DNA from: Haliotis rubra
Taxonomy: Eukaryota
Direction of reading: 5' to 3'
Length of the DNA stretch: 64,000 nucleotides
Assembly (NCBI RefSeq): GCF_003918875.1
Contig: NW_025765225.1
Span: 1,302,001-1,366,000 of the forward strand
The notes below the pieces were generated by a model. That model ran no database searches and had not been told where the DNA came from. It saw only the letters and a program-made list of their open reading frames with translations. A program made the position numbers and the translations under genes. Positions 52,582 through 64,000 of the stretch are shown piece by piece. Positions within the stretch are counted from its first letter, which is position 1. Every line of letters begins with the position of its first letter.

Positions 52582-54267
52582 GAATATATTTTACCATTTT
52601 ACTGTGGAACTACCATCGTAATTACTTTACAGTAATCAAAATGAAACTGAATCAACTCGCTTAATCTTTTGTTTCAGTTTGGAAACCTACACGTAATATT
52701 CCTCACTGTTAGCAATAGTTAATATGTGTTATTCGTTAAATGTTCTATACAGTACTGTTATAAACTAAAAGTTTATAGACATATTTATGCAGAATTTTTA
52801 TCGTTTCTCTCTCCAGTTCCTCCAAGGGAAATTATATGTTGCCTATTCCTTACATTTATAGAAACTTGTTTTAATTTTACATTTTGTAAAACAGTTTATA
52901 TTAGTAGACATGATCATATCATGATCTAAAGGCATCATTAACAACACTGCTGACATGATTGGAATGTGTAAATATTGTAATCTCCTGCGATACAAATACA
53001 GTAGCTAACATATTTAATTACTGGCTTTAAAACTTATCGTTTGACTTCATCCAAAATACATCCGCTGATGATTCCACAAATATTGTGTGTCAATTTTGGT
53101 AGGCTGGCTGTCAAATCGGTTAAAGTGTAATGATATACATAGAACCTTAACATAATCGAAACCAATCACTTAACTTTTGATATTCATCCTCTGCCGCAAA
53201 TTTTCGAAATTGTTTAGTTGACATAAGTAGGGGTTGTAACGATCCGCAGACCACTGTTCCGGCAGTTTGAAGATAACAATACTACAGTGTCGGACAGGCA
53301 AGAGATACCTGAATCAAAACAAGCTTTAAAGGCTTTAGGTATTTGTAATTGTTTCTGGTTTAAATCTTTTAAGAACGCTTGACTGTTGGGATGTCATTAA
53401 GTGGTTAAGCTGATGGAATATATTTTACCATATTACTGTGGAACTACCATCGTAATTACTTTACAGTAATCAAAATGAAACTGAATCAACTCTGCTTAAT
53501 CTTTGTTTCAGTTTGGAAACCTACACGTAATATTCCTCACTGTTAGCAATAGTTAATATGTGTTATTCGTTAAATGTTCTATACAGTACTGTTATAAACT
53601 AAAAGTTTATAGACATATTTATGCAGAATTTTTATCGTTTCTCTCTCCAGTTCCTCCAAGGGAAATTATATGTTGCCTATTCCTTACATTTATAGAAACT
53701 TGTTTTAATTTTACATTTTGTAAAACAGTTTATATTAGTAGACATGATCATATCATTATCTAAAGGCATCATTAACAACACTGCTGACATGATTGGAATG
53801 TGTAAATATTGTAATCTCCTGCGATACAAATACAGTAGCTAACATATTTAATTACTGGCTTTAAAAACTTATCGTTTGACTTCATCCAAAATACATCCGC
53901 TGATGATTCCACAAATATTGTGTGTCAATTTTTGGTAGGCTGGCTGTCAAATCGGTTAAAGTGTAATGATATACATAGAACCTTAACATAATCGAAACCA
54001 ATCACTTAACTTTTGATATTCATCCTCTGCCGCAAATTTTCGAAATTGTTTAGTTGACATAAGTAGGGGTTGTAACGATCCGCAGACCACTGTTCCGGCA
54101 GTTTGAAGATAACAATACTACAGTGTCGGACAGGCAAGAGATACCTGAATCAAAACAAGCTTTAAAGGCTTTAGGTATTTGTAATTGTTTCTGGTTTAAA
54201 TCTTTTAAGAACGCTTGACTGTTGGGATGTCATTAAGTGGTTAAGCTGATGGAATATATTTTACCAA
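52582..54267. repeat. Near-identical ~834-bp tandem duplication
   Basis: Near-identical ORFs at 52726 and 53560. GAATATATTTTACCA occurs at 52582, about 53416 and 54252. Confidence 0.9.
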
Positions 54268-54458
54268 TTATTTCGAATGTTTCACCAATTCTGTGACTAC
54301 AGAATGTCACTACTTTCTATTTGTTAAAATATGCTCTATCGTCAATGCAGTGTATGTGAAATAGAATCGTACATAACATTTGTTGCCATCAATATGACGG
54401 TCAATTAAGAGGTTTTATAAAAATAAATCTAATTTGAGTTAATGAGGCGTATACGAAA

Positions 54459-54607
54459 ATATACTCGTGGAAACGAATAAGGGAACACATGGAAATACAA
54501 GTGTTCCTTTATTTATTTCCAGAATTTCGCCCACAGTGTAATACAAAGCTTGTGAAAAAACTTGGAAAAGAATAAAGGAACACTTGTATTCGTTTCCATG
54601 AGTATAT
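54459..54607. mobile_element. Palindromic MITE-like element
   Basis: ATATACTCGTGGAAACGAATA..CAAGTGTTCCTTTATT pairs with AATAAAGGAACACTTGTATTCGTTTCCATGAGTATAT. Confidence 0.65.
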
Positions 54608-55323
54608 GAAAATACAAGGTTACGCCAAAGAATACCTAGTCTTGACTATCATTAGAAACAGATTCCATTTTGTGTAAAGGGAAATATTGCTGTGAAAAAT
54701 AAATGAATGTATCATTGAGAATATGTGATGCTACCAGATATTCGCGAAAAAAGTGGGCATGATTGTCCTGAGCCAGGGTAGCACTCGCCATTCATACAGT
54801 TTGATTGAAAAAGGATCATTTAGGATTCTTACATTTCATGCTGAATATTCTGATAACAATAACGGGTAAAATGGGTAGAAGTCATGTTTTAAAATTGTGA
54901 GCTTAATTAGTTGAGGAAATGTCAATTTTAAAGTTTTAAAAAGGCTTTTGGTTGTTCTTGACACGATGATATGTAGACACTAAAATAGCGATGTCATCTA
55001 CAAGATGGGACACTTAGGAAAAGATAAATGTGCAGGAAGGGATGCACATAGGTATAGTTGATGTTCTCTGAAATACAAATAATTTAGAGTGTCACCAAGA
55101 AGACACAGGTAAATGTTTCTCCCATAATAATTTCTTAAAATAACACATTATATTTAATGTACTTCCGTTTGGAACTATTCTTAGAATTGGCATATGCTAG
55201 GATTATGGGACCAGCAAGATGTGTGTTAACTACACACGATGAGGCGAATGGATTAGTCTGTTTGATTAAGAATGTTAGAGCGTCAAGAGAAATTATGGTG
55301 TTATTAATATTTATCAATTTGTA

Positions 55324-55327
<4 letters not shown>

Positions 55328-55355
<28 letters not shown>
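55328..55355. repeat. (TA)n microsatellite
   Basis: About 14 TA units. Confidence 0.95.
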
Positions 55356-55363
<8 letters not shown>

Positions 55364-58300
55364 TTAATTTCTCTGAGATTTGCACTGTAATTTTACAGAT
55401 TTACATTTTAATTTTTTTTAATTTATCTCGTTTTGTGCCTACTGCAAATTAAAATGTATGGATTATTTCCTCCCCGCATAGAGGTATACAGCAATTCGGT
55501 AGGAAAGGAACGACCCTTTTGGCCAGCTTTACATATGAAAATGTTAAAGTTTTGGAAAACTTCAAAATATGTTCTTACATTTGCATATTTTGAACTTCTA
55601 ACACGATCGAATACACAAATATGGTTAAATAATTGAAGAAGGATATTTGGAAATTTTGAAAATCTAAGTATGAGCACGTCCATGATTCATTACGATTTTT
55701 TTAACCTTATGTGATAATGCATGTGTGTAATGCTTATATATACATGTCCTGTGATTATGATAATGATAAAAATATAAATAATATATTCTTAATCACATCT
55801 TTCAAAGAGGACAGAAAACATTTGTCTTCTTAAAAAATACTCGCACACACTTTCATTCTAAGAATTATGTTTGTATAAAATGTGATAAAGGAGATATACA
55901 CGGATAGACAACAAACCTACAAGCTACTTATAAATAAATCAAAATATTAAGAAAGTCTCAGTTTAACATTGGTAAACATTCATTTTAAGAAAATTCTCGT
56001 TTCAGTATTTCCTTAGTAATCGCTGAGACTTCACAATCACCTGCATATTGATATCAAAATATAATATTTATTAAAATTGTAAATGTGAGTATGGTTATGA
56101 AAACACTATGGCTCCTCTAGGAATAGCTTGATGTCTGTTCTTTCATCTCAGCCGAATTTCTTCGTGTTCTGACTTTTGATGCGGTGGCAGAATGTCAAGA
56201 GAGTAAATAGAATGGTTTAAACTCATAACTCAGAATAAACAGTTTCACTTAAAACACAAAGATGTGTGTTATCATTGGACAGCAGGACGTAAAATATTTG
56301 TGTGTTTTTTATCGCTTCCATGTGTTAAGAAGAATACTGCAACTGAAAAGGAAGTAACAAATTTGAGATACCAGTTGAAAGAAAAACAATTATGATGACA
56401 TTTTGTCCTCCTGGTATCATGGCTGATGTCCAGTTTGGCACCAAATCTAAAGGTATGATGGCATGATGATACTGACTTTCGAATGAACTTTCCGGTTACT
56501 TTGTTTATCAAAATGCTTAATCTATATTATCAATCACAAAAATAATCGCACTTCGTTTTATCAATAAGAAAATTGTCTTCACTTTTCGTACTATTCTATT
56601 TCCTTAGTGGATTAATAACTACAGATGCTTTGTAATTAGGCTGCGTTTAATGAAAAATAAACGTTATTTCCTTCAATCAATCGTCCCTATGGTTCCCAAT
56701 ATAAGACTGTTTACTGTATGTCATTACGCATATCATATGTATGCATTTTTAAATTGATTAATATGATAATTTGGATTTTTTTCCAGCAAGATATTAATCT
56801 GACCTAAAATGACTAAGTTAACTATTGCGATATTTGTAAACATTTGTCGGCCATGAAGAGAAATATAGAATATATATGAATATATTTTATGCATGAATAT
56901 ATTTTCTGTTTAGATTACAAATACGTTAAAGATTAAATTTTAATTCATAGTCGTATAAACTACCACTATGAAACAAAATATATTTAAAATACCTTCGTTG
57001 GTTAATTGTAGTATTATGAACAACCGGGCAAAAGAATGTTTACACTCGAAAAATGGATTTCGCGCAAACGTTACTAGTAAAAGTTACTATGCTGACAACA
57101 GTTGCCGAAAAACAGGAAAGGCCCAAAAGAAAACCATGATACCATATTAAATACATCCTCAGCAATAACTATTTCATGTTTGTTCCGTTTATTTTTAGCA
57201 ACATTAAACTTGAATTACCCTCTTTTACCAGGCTGCTCAGACAATGTAGTGTGTGTACTGTTACTATCAATATGAAGAAAATCACCATGGGCACCTCTCC
57301 CGTCCGCAGCGTAACATCTGTATATGTTGCATGTCCTGCTAATGCCTGGAAACAAACATTGCTGCGTGTGCTGTTCTGGTCCCTAAAGGGAAACTGACAC
57401 CCAAACACAAGCTTCCAGACAAACTAATGTCTATCTAAAGATGAGTCGTAAAATCTCCATGTGATGCTTGCCTAAAGAAAACGTTGCTTTACATTTCATA
57501 TGACCTACATGCAAAGGACATAATTATATACTTGTACAATCAATAACAACTGTTGATAAATACGTATTTTCGGGTATAGTTTCTTGTTTGTGTATGCTCC
57601 GTTTTGTCTTTGCCAGGAAGAGATGTCGTTCGATCATTTCAAAATGCAATTTAGGGCCATTGTCACGTATGTAAACGGATATGTGAAAGTGTTAATGGTG
57701 TGTAATATAAAATCTTATAGTGCACATGATAAACATGATTATTGTCTGTTATATTAATAACTATCGGGAAATGTTGTACGGTATATAAGAAGAACGGTAA
57801 AGCGCTCTATAAAGACAAACATAATATTTGTAGTGTAAAGTAAAACGAATTGATGCGACAATGGAGTATGTTCATGTCTTGTATAATCCCGCGTTGTATG
57901 GAACACAAGACACAAAGAAGGATAAGCTCTAGAGATTGACAATATGAATGACAGCTATTGACATATTCTGCGGAGTAATACACATCATTTCCGGTGCTGT
58001 AAGCAGTCGCTTTGCGTCACTTTGCAGTGGTGAATGAATAAAATCTAAAATATCTGTTGTTGTGACCTATGATACAAATTATAGCTAACCAGGACAAGAA
58101 AAATGACGCTCGTCTCGAGATCAATCAATGCACATATTATGGAAGAAACGTGTTGGAGTGCCTCAAACCCCATGTGGAAAAACTCTCCGCGGATTGATTT
58201 TTGCGAGGGCGTATGTTTTATAGTATAAGCAGCAAGCAAACCACTGGATTAGATTGTATAGTGGTACGGCTTAAGATGCGGAGTTTCAACGCAGACTCGG

Positions 58301-61300
58301 TTCCCTTTCGGGTGTTTGAATATTTCATTATTGCATGCATAAAGTATGATGATTTTATGTAGGAACAGATGTGTGTTGGATATTTCTGCGCCAAATAGGT
58401 TATTGATTATTATTCCTCATACTAAGCATAATATATTGGCACTGATATTGCAGTTTTTCATTCTATCGTGTCATGGCCATTCCATGTCCTATACATCACT
58501 GTCAGTATTCTTTCAGGAGAATGTAAAACATTATAAATAATAATGCTTTGGGTGAACACAAATCGAGTGACATTAAATTATGACAACAGTCAATGTAAAA
58601 CTGCTTTTAGCTTCGTCACTTGTCCGAATGCAACTTCCTGATACCAGAAGACACCCCTTCCCAAACACACATCCATCCATCCATGTCCCGAAGTAGGGAT
58701 ATTTGTCTTAATATTCACATTAAGTATGTTTTTTTAGTGTAAAAGATGAATGTTGAAAGGAAGTTAATGGAAATCCATTAGAACCATGTACTATATATCT
58801 ACGACGCCATGTTCATTTTCCTCTGAACCAATATGCATGAAGCACGCTGTCTAACGTGAATTTATATTTGTTTGAGTGTTCTGCAAGATGAAACGAATCT
58901 GCAAAATATTTCATATATAATTATATCTGTATATTTCTAATGTTACAAACGAATCATGCATTGATTTAACCACTTATTTGGCCATGGCAAGGAGCCCCCT
59001 ACATCTATTATTTTCTGTAGGTAAAATAATTACCGTGCCGTGTATGTTATTTGGAAATATGTTTTCTGAAGAAACCATTGTCTCAGTAAAATAATTTATG
59101 TGTTTTTCTTTCAAAACTGACAAACGAATCATGGGATTTGTTTAAAAGGCCATTCAGGAGAGTTTTGTAAGTAAAAGTATACACCCGAAAACTGGATTAT
59201 ACATAAAACATTACAAACGTTATAAAAATGAATCTAAGCTGAAAACAGTCGCGGAAACATCCAAAACATTCTTGTTTCTGCGTTTGCCACTATACAAATA
59301 ACTGCATATTTCCTTTTTGTAAAGACATTTATTTCAGTTCATACTTAGTCAAGTGTTTATAGCGTTGCAACAGACGTACCCCTTAACTGCATCACGTTGT
59401 CGAACTATAACGTGATTGTATCCACTGATGTTTTGTTAGGTATTTTCCTTTCACGTTTTAGGGCGGATAAATATACATGCCTTTTAACCCACTTACTTTA
59501 ACGCATACAGTACCCTGAAAAAACCCTGATGAATGAGGAAACTTATCAATTTTACGCTAAATACACAACGACAGGCATATCCTGGTACGAACATTTTTAA
59601 CTGTTACAGAAAAAAGAAAATGCATCCAAAAGTATGTATTTTACACAGTGTAAAGAGGGATTTTTGAAAAGTTAGACGAAAAGATAATGCATTTAAAGGA
59701 ACGTTTTAAACGACCCAAACGATTTCAATGGTCATATAAATGTGGATATTTATGTAGGTGATTTTTAATTACCTAATGATACGAAGCTAGTTACAATAAG
59801 ATGGTGTTATTTCATTGCATGTATTGAGACATAATGAACCAGTCATGCTTACAATAACCATGGTTGCAAAGTTCAGTTCTATAATTTATGCAACGTAAAA
59901 GAATCACAAATAAACAATAAGATTGGAAGAGTAGTCCAAGCAAGTCTGATTAAAGTAATTGACAACACCAATTGTGTCAATTGGCCTGAGCTCTTACTAA
60001 TATTATGTGATTTGTGTCAATCTAGCATTTGATTACTTACCCTCATTCGAGGGCACAATGATTCACATATGACATCATTGAAACACCTAGAGGCTGGAAA
60101 TGGAAACAGGAATTGGAACGTGAAATCCATTTAACTTCAAGTTCAACCATTACGTGTTGATGTAATTCTATATCGAGTGTATTCGATACGTGATTAGCGA
60201 TGCCGTTTGCATGTTATAACTCTATTAATCCGATCACACTTTTTGAATGAAAATCCGGTTTCATTCCATACTGGTAATGATTTTATAAAAATATGATTTA
60301 TTAATACCTTCATTGCACATTTGTCTGTAACGTGACGTCATGACAGACAATACGTAGCCATTACAGCCAACCAATTTCCCAGATTCTAGTGTGTTTCAAT
60401 AACCGAAGAAAGATATAACACATGCACTATGTCCTTCAAGAAAGGGCGAAGGGGGTAGCCTAGCTTTGCTTGCCATAAAACATACGAAATATTTGCGCAG
60501 TGGCCATTACACAATTCAGACTCTGTTATAAGCATACTGTTTTTATATGAATCACTGATCAAATATCGATAATACATGTTCGTTAAAAGGTGAGCGTATC
60601 GTGCCACCGCTGGCAACCTTGACAATCATGTTAACAACAACAACAACAAAAACTAAATAAACAAAACACCGGAACATAGTTTATTAGTCGAAATACGGAA
60701 TTGCATCCTTATCTGAAGCCATGAAGGGTTCTCGCGTTCCCGATTTTTAAACAGTTTTCTGATTCACTTACTTTTGTAATTAAAATGATGTTTGTTACGT
60801 GAGTTCGCGGGAGAACATGGCATGGCCATCCGCTTCTGATGTCATCTTTGGTTTCTGTCATCCTCTCTTTTTATCTTTATATTTATTCTGCCCTTTAAGC
60901 TCATGGAATGTGTTTCGGGATACCCACGAGACTAAATATGCTCTGGCGATCTGAAGTTGTAGGTCAACTGTAATATTAATAGTTTACACTGACTGATTTC
61001 TTGAAAGAGAAAATGCAGACTAAGTATTTCCTATAACGTTTGTATGACTGAATGTGTATACTTTATCCAACAATGCGCCTAGCATCCTCTACGTGCATAT
61101 ATGTTTATAGACGCTACAAACCATTTTCACATTAATAAGAAATTTCTCGATTGAGAGAGTCGAATGTACAATCGTTACTATATAATAAGCATATATTTGT
61201 TTCAGCAGCATTACAGGTGTATGATGTTGTTTGCAAACAAATCGAGCGAGTCTGAACCAGACAATCCAGTGATTGTCACTACGCGATACATATGTTAAAC

Positions 61301-61759
61301 TTGAAAATAGTATCCTTAAGCAATTTAGGTTCAAGGTAAAACTCAAAAGTGGCTCCAGTGTACTTCTAACTATATTGGAACTAAGAACCTGTTAGTGTTT
61401 TCCCTACAAGAAAAAAAATGAATTGAAACTAGCAACATTCAGTTACTTAAGTACTTCAGGAACATAACACATGACCATGTCTATGTACCACCGCTATGTG
61501 TTAAAATTATTCATTAAACGAACATGTGATGCTTTAGTACATTCGGTATTACTATTACCGACTGTGATAAATTTTCAGCTATATCGGTCTTAAACGTGCG
61601 GAGGACAATCATGCTTTGTTTCACTGTTGTGATATTTTATTCTTCAAAGAGGGACCAAAACTTCAGTTTAAAACATTATCGTAAGATTACAGGCCTCCAG
61701 TTTTAGAATCAGGGAATAGGGATCTATTTTGATTTTGCTACTATTGCCCAGGGGAATTT

Positions 61760-61908
61760 GGGGGTAGTCTAATAGTTAAAGTGTTTGGTCGTAATGCCGA
61801 AGTCACCGGTTCGATTTTTACAATATGTGAAGTCAATTCCTTTTGTCCCCTGCCATGATATTGCCAGAAAATTGATAAAAGCGGCGTAAAACCACACCTA
61901 GTCACTCA
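61760..61908 (+). mobile_element. Diverged SINE family A copy
   Basis: GGGGTAGTCTAATAGTTAAAG...GGTTCGATT...GCGGCGTAAAACCAC. Confidence 0.7.
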
Positions 61909-64000
61909 CAGCGTAGGAGAAACATGCTGATACATGAGACAACCACTTGCTATGTCCATTTTTCGTAACAGTATGGAGTGGGTACTGCAACACCATTAGA
62001 TATGGATACAAGCTGACCTACTTGAGAAGCTAGTACAGAATTAAGCAGAAAGAACGTTAACCCACTTAAAAAAGTAGGAACACATCATCCCAATAAAAAA
62101 TACCACTACTGGTTGTCAGTTTGGGAAAGTCTACGTCATCTGTCGCGATGAAGAGCCTTAAAGGAAACTGCGATCCATGCCCAGCTTCATATGGTACCAT
62201 CTCTTTGCAAAGGTGATACTGAAACATGGAACAACCTCCCAACTTATCCCCGTAACACAAACAACATCAAACGTTCAAAGTTAAACAGGAAACATTCCCT
62301 TAAACACGCACATGATTAAGCGCCTTTAGCAATTCTAAAGGTATAAAAATGATGATAATTATGATGCGTGACAAATTGCACAACTAAAAATTCATGACGT
62401 ACTATAATGGATGTGATTAATTTTGGAGAGCGAATGGTATACCTAGATCATCTAAATTATCAGAATGGTTAAGCTCATTATCATGTTAGGGTCCTTGTTA
62501 GGCTGGTTAAGGTTGCTTCGGGCCTTGCCCCGTTTCACGCAGTCCAGATAGAAAACAGGACTTCTCCCTGGGTGTGTTGCCTTAGATAACCCAGCCATAA
62601 CGTTTCGGAGTATGTGTAGACACGCCAACACTGCAGCCATCTGCATTATAGTGTCAGAAGAGCTGTGTTTCTGGAAGCAAACTCTTCCAACGTCAATGAA
62701 GATATTGGGATGCACCTAGAACAACGGGGAATGCAACAACTTTGTACTTGGAATGAAACATTTCGGAAGTGAGGTTGTTATTTTTCCTGAATTGGTTTCC
62801 AATCACACTACTGTCAAAAGGGACAGAAAATTCAATGATTTAGATATATCAAAAATATTATTTCATTGGTCAGTTTTGTTGGCTTGGATAGCTCGGAAGC
62901 TGTATTCCAAAGAATGTTATAATTGTCATTTTCCATGACGCCCTCTGCATGCTCTGGGTCGTACCATGTATGTACAGCTGTTTTGAAAAATCCACCAAAG
63001 CAGAAAGCAAACAAACAAACAAACAACCCCCAACCCCAACCCCAACCCCACCAAAACAAATTTAAACATTTTCAGGTTTGTCGGTTGAGGCTGTATTCCA
63101 AACAATCTTATAACTGTGGACCTCCGAGTCAGAACGGTAATAAAACGAACAAGATTAAGATGAATTTCATTACATAATCTACATTTTACAGTTACATTTT
63201 CATAAACTAATGGTCGCTCTAAAGATACCGCTATGTGTTGTATGTTCTTTATTGTGTCAATAGCGTTTCAGCAACCTATGACGCTTGGAACAAATGTTGT
63301 ATATACAAAAATGTAAAGAGGTTTTTCCTGTAAATAGTGTTCTGTCGTTATGGTGATCGAATGGATTCATGGCGATACATTATCAAAATCGGTGTTATTC
63401 AATAACGTCGTTTCAACATTAAGTTGAATGTCTTTCCCACATATGAAAAAAAGTAAAAAGAATAATGAATCTATTAATAACAACCCTGGAAAAATATGTT
63501 TCTAAATGGTCCCCCAAGAAACAGGAACGTTGGTCTTACAAGAGCAATCTCTCAGGAGTGTGCATAACGAATAGATGCATGTTAGACGAAATGTGACTGA
63601 CATTAACAGCAGTATAATCAATTCCACAATGAAGTACAAGTACAGACAGCTCAAGGTTAAGCATACAGTGTCAACAATGGAAGCAATGGAAATGAGTTTA
63701 ATGTTAGGAAATAAATAAAAGCTAAACCTTTCACGTTACACGGTAATATATTCGGCAGAAGCTGTCGTGTAATAAAGTGGTTAAGTTATGAGTTGAACCT
63801 CTTTCAATGTGACGTTCAGGTATAGGCACTAATACCTAAGCAAGTAAGTCATAACTGTATTTAAGCGTGTACGTGACGTAGACATGAAAGAATATATTTA
63901 TCAACGTCATCTGCTATAAACTTTTCCTGTTGTAAAATGTTTAAGAGATTTAATACCACATTTGGGTACTATATAATGAGTCCACGCAAGAAGACAACCC

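Noticed and set aside
55130-55700. Possible LINE C-terminal remnant
   Set aside because: I could not find a convincing motif in any frame.

Overview
This is eukaryotic, intron-rich, AT-rich genomic DNA from an invertebrate. It is most likely a gastropod mollusc: the abundant (CACT)n-tailed SINEs resemble abalone/Haliotis repeats, which is an inference. The left 26 kb holds a sterol-transporter locus. I reconstructed by hand a complete 10-coding-exon ABCG5-like gene (minus, 9970..3464, 638 aa) arranged head-to-head with a complete 10-coding-exon ABCG8-like gene (plus, 14413..25312, 638 aa). The first coding exon of a second, diverged ABCG5 paralogue (minus, 574..319) runs off the left edge. 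Unlike mammalian ABCG5/G8, both subunits keep canonical Walker A (GSSGSGKT) and signature (VSGGE) motifs. A compact candidate bidirectional promoter lies at about 13560-13810. The introns and the gene-poor right 37 kb contain several repeat types: two SINE families and a LINE-like 3' end sharing one tail, a deleted Tc1 element, LINE and Penelope-like remnants with minimal hammerhead ribozymes, MITEs, minisatellites, an 834-bp tandem duplication and a 144-N gap. The most unusual structure is inside ABCG8 intron 8: a Harbinger-like element carrying two unrelated GC-rich cassettes, each bracketed by the same inverted repeat.
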